Assembly (NCBI GenBank): GCA_041937175.2
Contig: CP166615.1
Coordinates: 1,152,001-1,216,000 of the forward strand
Source of the DNA: Limnothrix sp. BL-A-16
GTDB lineage: Bacteria > Cyanobacteriota > Cyanobacteriia > CACIAM-69d
Length of the DNA stretch: 64,000 nucleotides
Direction: 5' to 3'
The translations under genes and the position numbers were made by a program. Under the pieces are notes generated by a model. It saw only the letters and a program-made list of their open reading frames with translations, searched no databases and was not told the origin of the DNA. Of the stretch, positions 30,135 to 41,035 are shown piece by piece. Numbering within the stretch: the first letter of the stretch is position 1; every line of letters begins with the position of its first letter.

Positions 30135-31445
30135 GTGGATAGTCAAGGCTGGACGTTGAGCTTGTGGGTGCTGCTGTTGCCCATCACGCTGAATGCGTTC
30201 TTTGTGGCGGCAGAATTTTCCATGGTGGCTGTGCGACGATCGCGCATTGATCAACTCGTCGCAGATGGGGATCCGGCGGCCCGCAGCGTCCAGTATTTGC
30301 AACAACATGTCGATCGGCTGCTGTCCACAACCCAGTTGGGGATTACCCTGGCGGCCCTCACCCTGGGTTGGTTGGGTCAGTCGGTTTTGGCCGCGCCCTT
30401 AATCAGCGGCGCAATTTACTACTGGCCCGCTGCGGCCGATCGCCCTTTGGTGCAGGCGGCGGCCGTGGGGACGGCGTTTCTATTGGTGGCCTACCTGCAA
30501 ATTGTGTTTGGGGAATTGGGCCCCAAGTCGATCGCCCTGCGCCATGCAGAACAGGTGGCCTTGGTATTGGGGCCGCCCAGCGTCACAATCGGGCGATTTT
30601 TGCAGCCGATCGTTTGGTTTTTGGAACGTTCCACGCGGTGGGTGTTGCGGGCCTTGGGGTTGCGGCCCAGCGATCGCCATTGGGCCAGCCCGATCGCCCT
30701 GTCGGAGTTGCAACAAATTGTGGGCAATTCCACGGAGTCCCCAGACTTGGAAGCCGATGAGCGCCGCCTGCTGCAAAATGTTTTGGCCTTTCGAGCCGTG
30801 ACGGCCCGGGATGTGATGATTCCCCGCACTCAGATGGTGGTGTTGGAACAGTCCGATTCCGTGACGGATTTGCTGGCGGCCGTGGGCCAAACGGGCCACT
30901 TGCGCTACCCGGTGATGGGCGACTCGATCGATGACATTGTGGGCATGGTGCGATTTAAGGATTTGGCCACGCCCCTGGCCGTCGGGGAATTGAGCCTGGA
31001 CACGCCCCTGAGCGCTTGGATTCAGCCCGCTTGTTTTGTGCCGGAATTTGCCAACACAGCGGATTTGTTGCGATCGCTTCGGCGATCGGGACAACCCATG
31101 GCGATCGTGGTCGATGAATTTGGCAACACGGCGGGTTTAGTCACGCTCACCGATGTGGCGGAGGAAATTGTGGGGCCCCTGGCCGCCGACGACAGCTCGA
31201 TCGAGGCGATCGATGAGCAAACCGCCTGCGTGCCCGCCCAAATCACGATCGATGAAGTGAATGGCCGTCTGGGGCTAACCCTGCCCGAAGCCGACGATTA
31301 CCAAACCTTGGCCGGGTTTGTACTCTGTCATCTGCAACGAATTCCCCAAGTGGGCGAAAGCTTTCGTTACAACGGTTTGGAATTTGAAATTGAAGCGGCC
31401 AATGGGGCCCGAATCGATCGGATCCGCATTCGCCGCCTGCACTAG
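30135..31445 (+). CDS. Hemolysin/CNNM family (DUF21-CBS-CorC) protein
   Basis: FFVAAEFSMV, QLGIT, FGELGPK, DVMIPR, VVDEFG, YQTLAG. Confidence 0.92.
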   Translation: MDSQGWTLSLWVLLLPITLNAFFVAAEFSMVAVRRSRIDQLVADGDPAARSVQYLQQHVDRLLSTTQLGITLAALTLGWLGQSVLAAPLISGAIYYWPAAADRPLVQAAAVGTAFLLVAYLQIVFGELGPKSIALRHAEQVALVLGPPSVTIGRFLQPIVWFLERSTRWVLRALGLRPSDRHWASPIALSELQQIVGNSTESPDLEADERRLLQNVLAFRAVTARDVMIPRTQMVVLEQSDSVTDLLAAVGQTGHLRYPVMGDSIDDIVGMVRFKDLATPLAVGELSLDTPLSAWIQPACFVPEFANTADLLRSLRRSGQPMAIVVDEFGNTAGLVTLTDVAEEIVGPLAADDSSIEAIDEQTACVPAQITIDEVNGRLGLTLPEADDYQTLAGFVLCHLQRIPQVGESFRYNGLEFEIEAANGARIDRIRIRRLH

Positions 31446-31496
31446 ATTCTCAGATCTCCCCATCGAGAATCTTTAAGCTTTGGCCGAAATCAAGCC

Positions 31497-32681
31497 CTAA
31501 ACGCCCACCAGATGGTGGTGATAGGCCGCCCCAAGACCAGCCGCCATTTCAGCGGGGGTGATTTTGCCATCTCGGTTGGAATCTAGGGCATCAAAAACCG
31601 CATCGCTCCCAGCCCATTCTTCACGGGTAATGAAGCCATCCCCGTCCAAATCGTAGACATGGAAAATGTCATCGGCCGCATGGCTGAGGGCTTCTTGGCC
31701 TTCCAGTTGAGCCAGGCGATTTTTTAACAGCAACTCCAGGGATTCTAGGGCTTTCGAGAAGCCTTCAATCCCCTCCGTGAGCTTTTCGGAAGCCATTGCA
31801 TCGTCTTGGTGCATTTGATCGAAAACTTCGCGATTCATTTCGATTTTTTCGATCGGCTCTGCACCGGCCAAGTCAGGACTCAGCTTGCGCACCAGCTCGC
31901 CCTGATTGCTTTCCAGCTCATCCAGGAGGGCCGGCGAAATGGTCAGCAAGTCACAACCGGCCAGTTCCACAATTTCGCCCATATTGCGGAAACTCGCCCC
32001 CATCACCTCCGTTTGATGGCCAAAGGTTTTGTAGTAGTTATAAATCCGCGTCACGGACAACACACCGGGATCTTCTGGGGCCGGAAACGAATCGCGCCCA
32101 GTCTTTTTCTTGTGCCAATCCAAAATTCGACCCACGAAAGGCGAAATAAGGGTCACGCCCGCCTCTGCACAGGCGATCGCCTGGTGCAAACCAAACAACA
32201 GGGTGAGATTGCAGTGAATGCCTTCTTTTTCCAACACTTCGGCGGCGCGAATGCCTTCCCAAGTGGCGGCAATTTTGATCAGAATTCGATCGCGTGAAAC
32301 ACCGGCTTTTTCGTACTCCGAAATCAGATAACGACCCTTGGCGATCGTCGCTTCCGTGTCATAGGACAGGCGCGCATCGACCTCCGTGGAGACCCGACCG
32401 GGAATAATTTGCAAAATCTTTTTACCAAAGGCCACCGCCAAGCGCTCAAAGGCCAGGGAAGCCACCTCCTCCGCGCTGGCTTGCTTGCCCTTTTCGGTGC
32501 GGGCCTCCAGCAGGGTTTGATCCACAATTTCCTGGTATTGCGGCATTTGGGCCGCAGCGGTGATCAATGAAGGGTTCGTTGTGGCATCGCGGGGCTTGAG
32601 TCGTTCGATCGCTTGAATGTCGCCGGTATCGGCCACCACGATCGTCATTGCGCGTAATTGTTCAAGCAAGGTCTGAGCCAT
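31497..32681 (-). CDS. tal: Transaldolase with C-terminal EF-hands
   Basis: [38 protein letters not shown]-hands [12 protein letters not shown] and [12 protein letters not shown]. Confidence 0.96.
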   Translation of the reverse strand: MAQTLLEQLRAMTIVVADTGDIQAIERLKPRDATTNPSLITAAAQMPQYQEIVDQTLLEARTEKGKQASAEEVASLAFERLAVAFGKKILQIIPGRVSTEVDARLSYDTEATIAKGRYLISEYEKAGVSRDRILIKIAATWEGIRAAEVLEKEGIHCNLTLLFGLHQAIACAEAGVTLISPFVGRILDWHKKKTGRDSFPAPEDPGVLSVTRIYNYYKTFGHQTEVMGASFRNMGEIVELAGCDLLTISPALLDELESNQGELVRKLSPDLAGAEPIEKIEMNREVFDQMHQDDAMASEKLTEGIEGFSKALESLELLLKNRLAQLEGQEALSHAADDIFHVYDLDGDGFITREEWAGSDAVFDALDSNRDGKITPAEMAAGLGAAYHHHLVGV

Positions 32682-32973
32682 GATCACTTCTCGCTTAGAG
32701 CGTTGCGAGTGTCCCGCCCTCTCGGTTGGGCCGGGAAATGTGCTTCCAGTGTGGCCGATCCCACCGGGAATGGTGACGCTCCCGATGAGAACTTCAACAA
32801 AATCACAGAAAAGTTCAAAGAGGGCGGGAGTTCCTGGTAAGTGTTCAATCAGCGATCGATAAGAAACCTCATCACTTGATCACAATTGCTTATCAGGCTC
32901 CCTGGCCTTCTCTAGAGTATTAGCAGGGCTGGTGGCTGCTTCCTGTATGCCGGCCCAAGGCGATGCAGGCGAC

Positions 32974-33867
32974 ATGACTGGACTAATCGCAACATCTCGG
33001 TTGTTGTTGGATGATCTGGCTCGACAAGGAACGCGATCGGGCATCAGTGGCTATTTGCCAGACTACGTGCCCGCTTTGGCCAAGGCCAATCCACAAGAGT
33101 TTGCGGCCGCCGTGCAGGTCGTGGATGGCCGCAGTTGGGATCGATCGCCCCCGGGGCGGCGGGTGGTGTTGATGAGCGTCATGAAACCCCTGCTGCTGTT
33201 CTATGCCCTTGCGCTTCTGGGCCCCGAGGTTGTGAGCGGCTTGGTGGGCTGTCAACCATCCGCCAAGGCCTACAACGACTTGGATCAACTGCTGGAAGAT
33301 GCGGGCCATCCCCGCAATCCCATGCTGAATAGTGGGGCCTTGGCCCTAGCGGGGGCCCTGCCTGGAACCACCGCGCGCGATCGGGTGCGACGGTTCCAAG
33401 CTTGGTTATATCGGGAAACGAGCTGCCTAATGCCCGTGAATGAAACGGTGCTGGCTTCGGTGCAGAGCCTGCCCAACGGTCGCAATCGCGCTTTGGTGCA
33501 AACCTTGGTGGACTCTGGCCGGGTGGCGAAGCCGGAAATTGCCCTGGAGATTTACAACCGGCTTTGTTGCCTGGGGATCACGATGCCTGAGTTGGCGGCT
33601 TTGGGCTGTTGGTTTGCTAATCCGCCCTCCCAATGGGCTGAGTTGGTGCAGCAAACCCTAGGGGCGATCGCGGTGGGCGGTCTCTACCAAGATTCGGAAA
33701 CCTGGATGGCGCGTGTGGGCTGGCCCACCAAGTCCGGCGTGAGCGGCGTGGTTTGGTCAATCCAGCCCGGTCAAGGATCGATCGCCTGTTACAGTCCGCT
33801 GCTGAATCCCCAAGGCCATTCGATTTTGGGGTTGGACTTTGTGGAAGGGGCTATTCGCTGGTTTTGA
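32974..33867 (+). CDS. glsA: Glutaminase; start uncertain
   Basis: DYVPALA, SxxK (SVMK), NPMLNSGA, PTKSGVSG. Confidence 0.85.
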   Translation: MTGLIATSRLLLDDLARQGTRSGISGYLPDYVPALAKANPQEFAAAVQVVDGRSWDRSPPGRRVVLMSVMKPLLLFYALALLGPEVVSGLVGCQPSAKAYNDLDQLLEDAGHPRNPMLNSGALALAGALPGTTARDRVRRFQAWLYRETSCLMPVNETVLASVQSLPNGRNRALVQTLVDSGRVAKPEIALEIYNRLCCLGITMPELAALGCWFANPPSQWAELVQQTLGAIAVGGLYQDSETWMARVGWPTKSGVSGVVWSIQPGQGSIACYSPLLNPQGHSILGLDFVEGAIRWF

Positions 33868-33926
33868 TTCACCCTGAACCCAATAGCCTGAATCCAATCA
33901 ATCACTTCAAGTAATCACCTCAAATC

Positions 33927-33988
33927 CTGTTGAAAGGTTATTGAAGGGTTGTTGAAGGGTTGTTGATTGACAAGGTTGTTGATTGGGC
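33927..33988. repeat. 11-bp tandem repeats
   Basis: TGTTGAAAGGT, TATTGAAGGGT, TGTTGAAGGGT, TGTTGATTG x2. Confidence 0.6.
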
Positions 33989-33994
33989 CACGGT

Positions 33995-34165
33995 TCAGGA
34001 GGCAGACTCGGGGCGATCGGCTTGATTTTTGCGGCGACGACAGCGATCGGAGCAGTATTTCACTTCGTCCCAGCAGTCTGCCCATTTTTTGCGCCAGGTA
34101 AACGACAAACCACAAACGACACAAACTTTGGTAGGAAAGTCGGCTTTCTTGCGTTGTTTGGGCAT
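33995..34165 (-). CDS. DUF2256 small Cys-rich protein
   Basis: [29 protein letters not shown]. Confidence 0.88.
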   Translation of the reverse strand: MPKQRKKADFPTKVCVVCGLSFTWRKKWADCWDEVKYCSDRCRRRKNQADRPESAS

Positions 34166-34308
34166 GGAATGTTCAAGCGGATGGGGCGCGCCATTCAATT
34201 GGCGCAGGCAAGCATTTTAACGAATTTTCACCCCGAACTCTTGGCAGGTTCCCAAAGGTCTCTGGTATCCAAGCCCCCTGACATCCAAGACCTCAGGCAT
34301 CCAAGACC

Positions 34309-34959
34309 TCAGGCCTCAGGCGAATTCTTGCCTCCTGCGGGAAACCAAAGGTGTCGATCGGCATCAATCTCGATTCGGCCTTGGGCTTGGAACAGTTGCA
34401 ACAGCCGAGTCACGGTGACCCGGGTGGTTTGGGCAGCGCTGGCCAATTGCCGATGGGTGAGGCGCAAATTCAAACGACGCGCTGAGCCAAGGGGCTGCCC
34501 AAATTCCCGATCGAGCAGTTGCAGCAGTTGCCAAAGGCGCTCATCGGCTCGCTTCAGGGTGAGCAAGGATTTCAAATCGCTGGCCTGATCCAAACGGCGC
34601 AGGGCGTGGAACAGCAGGTTGCGGGCCAGGATCGGGGATCGCTGCACCTGGTCGATCGAGAGGGGCAACAGATCCGTGGGAGCCAAGGCCGAGGCCCGGT
34701 AAGGATTCACCGCGCTCAGAACTTGTCCAAAAAATGTCCCCGTGCTCGCAAAGCCCAAAATTGCTTCGGAACCGTCCGGCAGCAGGGTTTCGAGGGCTAC
34801 GGCCCCGCGATAAACAACCCAGAGGCGATCGGGTTGGAGGGGAATGGTTTGGTTGGTGCGAAACGATTCGAGGTTTTGGCTACGGTATTGGGCTTCGAGC
34901 AACCGGCGCAGTTCCAAGTCAGTGCTACTGGCCAGGGTCGATCGGATCATTTTGGGCAT
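34309..34959 (-). CDS. Crp/Fnr-family transcriptional regulator
   Basis: cNMP-like barrel, ERLWQLL, HTH LTHRQLASAAQTTRVTVTRLL. Confidence 0.9.
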   Translation of the reverse strand: MPKMIRSTLASSTDLELRRLLEAQYRSQNLESFRTNQTIPLQPDRLWVVYRGAVALETLLPDGSEAILGFASTGTFFGQVLSAVNPYRASALAPTDLLPLSIDQVQRSPILARNLLFHALRRLDQASDLKSLLTLKRADERLWQLLQLLDREFGQPLGSARRLNLRLTHRQLASAAQTTRVTVTRLLQLFQAQGRIEIDADRHLWFPAGGKNSPEA

Positions 34960-35311
34960 GGGAGGGGAAGCAGAGGGCGATGGGGTGCGATCCCAGGACG
35001 CAAATCACGGGTGCTGAGTCTTGGGAGTTGGGACTTGAATGATCTGTGCTCGATGACTGCCAATTGAGATCGTATCAGTTTTTGATCAATTGACAGTAAT
35101 TTTCAATAAGCGATAGCCAAATCATCGGCAAAACCTCAGTAATTGCGAGGCTGGGGGTCTCAGCTTGTCAGGAGCCTCTGCAATAACTGGGTCAAAACTG
35201 TAGTGCCCCACACCAACTCAGGCTAACGGCGACCGTTTAACCCCTTGCCAAGGGAATGTTAACGATCCATGAAGATTGTGCCGCAGCGCTTAGGGATGAT
35301 CCCCCCTCTCC

Positions 35312-35515
35312 GAGGATGTCTAAGCAGCATCTTTCAGTATGGGCCAAGCATCAATTGCCGTGGGGGCAAGGGGCTTAAGCCTTAACATTGAACTTGTTTA
35401 GCGCTTTTGGCTTGACTCAAGCATCAATTGCCGTGGGGGCAAGGGGCTTAAGCCCCTTGTCTGCGCCGATCGCTGGAGCTTACAGGGTGGCAATTTTGGC
35501 TTTTCAGACACCCTC
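35312..35515. mobile_element. MITE family B with an internal 73-bp-offset duplication
   Basis: GAGGATGTCTAAG ... TTCAGACACCCTC; CAAGCATCAATTGCCGTGGGGGCAAGGGGCTTAAGCC occurs twice; abuts the cysQ stop codon. Confidence 0.75.
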
Positions 35516-36355
35516 TTAAGGTAGGCGGGCCAGTTCCGTTTGCAGGATTTGGCAAAGTTCCCCATGATTCGGGCCGTTGCTGGCAATGCGGCCGCCCCAC
35601 TGGTTCAAATCGCCCGTGGCATAGCGCAGGGGTTGACCGTCAAAGTGGGTGAACTGGCCGCCCGCTTCCGTCAAGATCAATTCCGGGGCGGCCATATCCC
35701 AATCCTTGGGGGCCGATTTGCCCGAAAGGGAAAGATACAAATCCGCTTTTTGCTCCACGATCGCGGCAATTTTGCCACCAACACTGCCCACGGCGTGCTG
35801 ATTTTGGCAGGGCAGGGCGGCCAGCAATTGGTTAAACCGCTGGTCTCGGTGCGATCGACTGACCACCACGGTCAGCTCCGAGAGTTGGGCACAGTCCGAC
35901 ACCCGGGGCGATCGGGTTTGGCCAGCGCGATCGAACGCCACCGTTCCCGACCCTTTCACGGCTGCATACAACTGTTCCGCCTCCGGGCAAGCCACGATCG
36001 CCAGTTCCGGCCGTCCTTGATAAACCAGCGCCAGGTGAATGGCATATTCGCCGGTTTTTTGAATAAAGTCCTTGGTTCCATCCAGGGGATCGATGATCCA
36101 AATCCAATCCCGATCGGCTGGAATGCCTTCTGATTTGTAGGTTTCTTCGCTCAGGTAGCCAAATTCAGCGCTCCCCAATTCCTGCTGCAAATGACTGAGG
36201 ATGGTTTGATTGGCGGCCAGGTCGGCGGCCGTGACGGGCCCGTCGCCTTGGTCTTCAATCGCCAACTGATCGCCTCGGTAATAGGCCCGCAGCACGTCGC
36301 TGGCGGCCCAGGCGGCTTGACGGGCGATCGCGCACAAATCCTCAAGGGGTCGCAT
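35516..36355 (-). CDS. cysQ: 3'(2'),5'-bisphosphate nucleotidase CysQ (inositol monophosphatase family)
   Basis: PVTAAD, LSEE, WIIDPLDGTKDF, SRSH, WDMAA. Confidence 0.9.
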   Translation of the reverse strand: MRPLEDLCAIARQAAWAASDVLRAYYRGDQLAIEDQGDGPVTAADLAANQTILSHLQQELGSAEFGYLSEETYKSEGIPADRDWIWIIDPLDGTKDFIQKTGEYAIHLALVYQGRPELAIVACPEAEQLYAAVKGSGTVAFDRAGQTRSPRVSDCAQLSELTVVVSRSHRDQRFNQLLAALPCQNQHAVGSVGGKIAAIVEQKADLYLSLSGKSAPKDWDMAAPELILTEAGGQFTHFDGQPLRYATGDLNQWGGRIASNGPNHGELCQILQTELARLP

Positions 36356-36414
36356 GGTGGCTCAAATGCAGGACAGGGGCCTTGATGGTATCAGTTGATT
36401 AGGCTCTTGGGGGA

Positions 36415-37341
36415 TTAGATGATTGGGTGACCAAAATTCAGGTAGCTTCCGGGCGATCGGGTCACTCGGGTTAACTGTCGATCGATCCCAAATTCAAATA
36501 CCCAATCGGCAGCCCCGGCCGCCAGCAACGGATCAACAAATAGCTTTGGGTGCAAGGCTTTCCAAAAGTAATCTACAAAATCGGAAATTTCCGCCTCACT
36601 CAGCCCCTGCCCTCCCGCTGCGATTCGATCGCGCTCGGCTTGCTGTCGCCACTGTTTTGAAAATTGGTAATCAGTGGGTTTCAAAATTAAGAGCCGATCG
36701 CACCATTCCCAAAGGGGTAAATAATCCCGCAGCCGTTGATTACAATCCTGAGCAAAGGCGCGATCGGCCTCCGAAAAAATGGGTGCTGGCCAATCCACAA
36801 GAGTCGTGAAATCAATCGGCTTCACTCCCACAAACCACCCTTCAAACAACACAATATCAACTGGTTGAATCATCTCCGCCGCCACGCGATCGCCCTGTCC
36901 CCCATGGCAGGATTTATCGAATCGCGGAATGGCTATGGTGGAAGCTTGGGGCGATCGCAAGGCCCGCAACGTTTCCAGCCCCAGATCAACATCATGGGTT
37001 CCCGGCGGCCCTCGCCAAATGAGTCGCGGATCCTGGGCTTGCAGCCGTTGCCGATCGGCATAGGTTTTGTAAAGGTCATCGATCGACCAACTGAGAGTTC
37101 GCCACCCCAACAGTTCCAACGCCACGGCCATTGCGCCACAGAAGGTGGTTTTGCCTGCACCCTGAACACCCAAAATTCCCAACACGATCGGGCGATCGCT
37201 CTGGGCGCGTAATTGCCCTAACGCCAAGGCCAAAGGCCACCAAGCTTGCTCCATCATGGCCCGATTGCTGGGGTGATTGAGCAAAAAGGCCCAGCGCGAT
37301 CGCTGGCTCAGGGCTTCACAAAATGCTGCAAAATCCGGCAT
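36415..37341 (-). CDS. Plant-type (GLYK-like) D-glycerate 3-kinase
   Basis: GVQGAGKT, SIDDLY, RGPPGTHD, PRFDKS, LFEGWFVG, WRQQAE. Confidence 0.88.
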   Translation of the reverse strand: MPDFAAFCEALSQRSRWAFLLNHPSNRAMMEQAWWPLALALGQLRAQSDRPIVLGILGVQGAGKTTFCGAMAVALELLGWRTLSWSIDDLYKTYADRQRLQAQDPRLIWRGPPGTHDVDLGLETLRALRSPQASTIAIPRFDKSCHGGQGDRVAAEMIQPVDIVLFEGWFVGVKPIDFTTLVDWPAPIFSEADRAFAQDCNQRLRDYLPLWEWCDRLLILKPTDYQFSKQWRQQAERDRIAAGGQGLSEAEISDFVDYFWKALHPKLFVDPLLAAGAADWVFEFGIDRQLTRVTRSPGSYLNFGHPII

Positions 37342-37355
37342 GAATTCCCAAGTTT

Positions 37356-37401
37356 CTAGGGGCGGTTTGTCCGCAAGCAATTAGTTGATGACAGCCCCTA
37401 G
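37356..37401. mobile_element. Minimal 46-bp family C element (CTAGGGGC...GATGACAGCCCCTAG)
   Basis: Inverted CTAGGGGC ends; right end matches the family C TIR and contains the ABC gene stop codon. Confidence 0.55.
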
Positions 37402-39158
37402 GCAGCCAGCATTGTTTCCAAGGTATGTTGATTCCAAAGGTCGCGATATAACCCCGGGCGCGAGAGCAATTCATCGTGGGTTCCCATGTCCACAATGGAG
37501 CCTTGATCCATCACCAAAATTCGATCGGCAGTGGCGGCGGCAGACATTTGATGGGAAATAAAAATCACGGTTTTCTTAGCGATTCCGTCCGTCAAATTTC
37601 GCAAAATTTCCGTGGCAGTTTGGTTATCGACGCTCGATAGAGCATCATCCAAAATCAAAATGGGGGAACTGATCAACAGGGCGCGGGCCAGGGCGGTGCG
37701 CTGGCGTTGGCCGCCGGAAAGGGTGATGCCTCGTTCTCCGACCACCGTTTCGTATTGCTGGGGGAAGGTGAGGATTTCGTTGCGAATTTGGCTGGTGTCG
37801 GCGGCGGCTTCCACGGCCCCCAGGTCGATCGCGGGATTGCCGTAGCGAATGTTGTTGGCGATCGAGGTGCTGAACAGAAAACTATCTTGGGGCACATAGG
37901 CGATCGCCCCGCGCAGATCGTGGATCCGCAGTTGGGTAATGTCAATTCCATCTAGCCACAGTTGGCCCGGCTTCAGATCCAGCAGGCGCGGCAGGGCATT
38001 GGCCAATGTGGACTTGCCGCAACCCACGGGGCCCACGATCGCCACCATTTCCCCCGGTTGAATCTCGAAGTTCAGATCGCTCAAGGCCAGGCGATCGCTC
38101 CCCGGATAGCCGTAGCTGAGGTGGGTGGCCTTGAGATGGCCCACCACTTGCTCCAGCGGCAGGGCGATCGATTCGCTGTTGTCGATAATCTTCGGTTCCG
38201 TCTGCAAAATCGCTTCCACACGATTGATGCTGACTTCGCCCCGCTGATAGGTGCTGATCGTGAAACCCAAAAGCGCCGTGGGGAAAACCAATCGCTCCAC
38301 ATAAATCAGCAGTGCCACAAAATTCCCGATCGACAGTTCCCCTTGGGCGATCGCATCGGAACCAAACCACAACAGCACCAGCAAGCTGACACTCGCCAGC
38401 CCTCCTAGCAATGGAAACAGCACACTACGGGTTTTAGCGAAACTCAAATTCACCCGCAGCAACTGATCATTCACCCGCCGAAAAGCTTGCCGCTCATTCT
38501 CCTCTTGGGCATAGATTTTGATCGGAGAAATGCCGCTCATGTCCTCTTGAATGAGGTCGCTCATTTCCGAAAGCCGCTCTTGTACCTCCAACTGCTGGGT
38601 TCGCAATTGATTGGCAAACAACTGCACCAACACCAACATCAAGGGATAAACCAACAGAGCCAACAGCGTTAACCGCACGTTGATGCTGAGCATAATGGGT
38701 AGGGTTAACGCATAGGCAAATAGGGTATTCGCCAAGCTTAGAACGGCAAACCCCATTAACCGACGAATGTTGTCTACATCGCTGGTGGTGCGGTTAATGA
38801 GATCTCCGGCCGTGTTCACCGCAAAATAGGCCGGCTCTAGGGTCAATAAATGTTGAAAAATGCGTTGTTTGAGGTCAAATTCCACCTGGCGACCCACCCC
38901 AAACACCAGCACCCGCGACACCATCCGAATCACCCACATCACCGAGGCCAAAATCATCACGGTGACGGCGAATAAGAGAATGCGATCGAACGAGAAGCTC
39001 GCTTGCAACTCATCAATTCCGTTCCGAATCAGCAGGGGAATATAAACCCCCAACACATTCACCAGCAGGAGTGTGCCAATCCCGATCGAGGTTTTTTTCC
39101 AATAGGGGCGTAAATAGTTTCCTAAGATTTTCAGGTTCGATCGATTGGAGCCAGCCAT
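37398..39158 (-). CDS. ABC transporter fused permease/ATP-binding protein (MdlA-like exporter)
   Basis: N-terminal TM region; GPVGCGKS, LSGGQRQR, ILDDALS. Confidence 0.93.
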   Translation of the reverse strand: MAGSNRSNLKILGNYLRPYWKKTSIGIGTLLLVNVLGVYIPLLIRNGIDELQASFSFDRILLFAVTVMILASVMWVIRMVSRVLVFGVGRQVEFDLKQRIFQHLLTLEPAYFAVNTAGDLINRTTSDVDNIRRLMGFAVLSLANTLFAYALTLPIMLSINVRLTLLALLVYPLMLVLVQLFANQLRTQQLEVQERLSEMSDLIQEDMSGISPIKIYAQEENERQAFRRVNDQLLRVNLSFAKTRSVLFPLLGGLASVSLLVLLWFGSDAIAQGELSIGNFVALLIYVERLVFPTALLGFTISTYQRGEVSINRVEAILQTEPKIIDNSESIALPLEQVVGHLKATHLSYGYPGSDRLALSDLNFEIQPGEMVAIVGPVGCGKSTLANALPRLLDLKPGQLWLDGIDITQLRIHDLRGAIAYVPQDSFLFSTSIANNIRYGNPAIDLGAVEAAADTSQIRNEILTFPQQYETVVGERGITLSGGQRQRTALARALLISSPILILDDALSSVDNQTATEILRNLTDGIAKKTVIFISHQMSAAATADRILVMDQGSIVDMGTHDELLSRPGLYRDLWNQHTLETMLAA

Positions 39159-39271
39159 AAATTAGACCATCCTGATATAGGAATTCTTTGGAAGAGTTTG
39201 TTGGACAGATCAGCTTCGCCCGCAAATCGTCCCCCAGGTTTTCACCTCGGGGTTTTGGTTTTTTTAGGGAC

Positions 39272-39328
39272 TTGATTCTTGAATCTTGAGCTTTGAATCT
39301 TGAGCCTTAGATTTTGAGCCTTGAGCCT
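39272..39328. repeat. Heptamer short tandem repeats (STRR-like)
   Basis: TTGATTC TTGAATC TTGAGCT TTGAATC TTGAGCC TTAGATT TTGAGCC TTGAGCC. Confidence 0.7.
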
Positions 39329-39330
39329 TC

Positions 39331-39461
39331 GAGGCCGTTTGAAAAGCCAAAATGACTACTCAGTAAACCCTAGCGATCGACGCAGACAAGGGGCTTAAGC
39401 CCCTTGCCCCCACCACTATCGGTGCTTGACCCGCGCCAAAAGATACTTTTTAGACACCCTC
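39331..39461. mobile_element. MITE family B copy
   Basis: GAGGCCGTTTGAAAAG ... CTTTTTAGACACCCTC; perfect central palindrome at 39387-39406. Confidence 0.75.
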
Positions 39462-39518
39462 TTAGGTTTTCAGAATCTTGCGCTTTAGTCTTGAGTTGAG
39501 CGCCGTTGGTTCAGGGTC

Positions 39519-40196
39519 TTAATTTAAGGCCGTTTCCGCCTCCCCAGCGCCTGGCCCATCAAAGGATTCACCCAAATAAATTGCCCGAATATCTGGCGGT
39601 AAGGCTGATTCCAAGGCGCGGTAACTTTGGCGCAACTTGGCCCGCACAGCGGCCGGTGACAAGGATTCCCCCTCCGCTTGCAAATAGGCGGCAATTCGTG
39701 GCTCGCTCCAGTGCAGGGTTTGGGCCATCAACACCATCAACCGCGCCGTGGGATCCTGGCGATCGAGCGCCGATTGCAGGTAACACCAAAGGGGCGGCGG
39801 GGCAGCCGTCAAGGAATAGTGAATGGATTCCACGGGGGGCAATTCCGCCTGATTCACCATCAAAGCCGTCATATTAATCAGCCAGTTTTGCAAGGTAAAT
39901 TCATCAGCGCGATCGATGCGAGTTGCCCGGGCCCGTTCCAAATCTAAAGTGGGTAATTCGCGAAAGATTCGGAACCAGATTTGGGCAAATAAATAATCCG
40001 CTTGGGCATCGGACGGCGCGGAATGTTGCACCAGGGAATAGACGATCGGGCTATAGCGACAAAACAAGGCTACAAAATAGCGGCCGGAGTCGGGATAGCG
40101 TTTAAATAAGTCCAATAATTCTGAATCACTGTATTGATTGAGGGATTGAACGATCGGGTGACGACATTCATGAAAACTAGGTGCATCCATGGGCAA
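39519..40196 (-). CDS. Sigma-70/ECF-like protein (region 2 and 4-like)
   Basis: SDSELL, LFCRYSPIVYSL, LQNWL, IAAYL..SPAAVRAKL. Confidence 0.65.
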   Translation of the reverse strand: MPMDAPSFHECRHPIVQSLNQYSDSELLDLFKRYPDSGRYFVALFCRYSPIVYSLVQHSAPSDAQADYLFAQIWFRIFRELPTLDLERARATRIDRADEFTLQNWLINMTALMVNQAELPPVESIHYSLTAAPPPLWCYLQSALDRQDPTARLMVLMAQTLHWSEPRIAAYLQAEGESLSPAAVRAKLRQSYRALESALPPDIRAIYLGESFDGPGAGEAETALN

Positions 40197-40295
40197 TCAG
40201 GCAGTATCCGTTGCGGTGGCAAAATGCGGCCAAGGGAGGTAACCCCCCTCGCCGGGATTAGGGTCTGGCCGGAACCATCAACCTAGCTTCGGGGC

Positions 40296-40637
40296 CTAAT
40301 CATCCCCCAAGGAAGCCACATCATGCAGGGCATCTTCCATCTGCATTCGTTGTTCCATTTGCCGTAAAAAATAGCCCGTCATCATGGCCGAGGCCAACAA
40401 TCCGGCCAGATTTTCTCGATCGGTCACGATTTGGATGCTGAAATGTTCACCGGGCAAGGAACCGACCAAGCCTTGAACATTTTGGGAAACAATTTGCTTC
40501 ACATCAGGGGTCACCGCCCGGGCCACGCGGGCCAACACTTCCGGCGATTGACGCTGGAGGTATTGCAGCAGCGGATTGACGCGATCGTCATTTGATGCGT
40601 CATCAAACCAGTCAGCCGTTTCGGGGTTAAAAACCAT
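40296..40637 (-). CDS. DUF760 protein
   Basis: LLQYLQRQSPE, NVQGLVG.LP..F, RENLAGLLASAMMTGYFLR. Confidence 0.88.
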   Translation of the reverse strand: MVFNPETADWFDDASNDDRVNPLLQYLQRQSPEVLARVARAVTPDVKQIVSQNVQGLVGSLPGEHFSIQIVTDRENLAGLLASAMMTGYFLRQMEQRMQMEDALHDVASLGDD

Positions 40638-41035
40638 AGCGTCGATTCAGTCGGAAGGACGATCGGACTCTGGGAGAATCCTATAGAAATGCTGGTTAGC
40701 GTTCTGGTTGGCGTTAACGATGTTGTTGAGTTCACCTGCAACTTTATGCAACAACGATCTGCCGCGAATTGCAACGGTTGGTGAGTCAAGCATTACCCGA
40801 AACGGGACTGGAAGCGTGCAAAGGGAAATTGAGGGGACGGTGAATGGATTTGCACGCATTCCCGATTGAGTGGGATGGCACCAACGGAAACACAATATAG
40901 AAGCACTAACAGAAATTAACGAACATTGCTCAACAATCTGGCCCTATTGTGACATTTTTGCTCAAGTCTGCAACGGAAGTTGACGAGCGGTGATTTCCTT
41001 TGTCTAACCGTTGATTAACCCTTTCTCAACTCATC

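Noticed and set aside
31497..31700. EF-hand fusion on transaldolase as a novelty
   Set aside because: Known cyanobacterial transaldolase architecture
35060..35100. NtcA/CRP box upstream of the Crp-like gene
   Set aside because: GTATCAGTTTTTGATC does not fit GTA-N8-TAC or TGTGA-N6-TCACA
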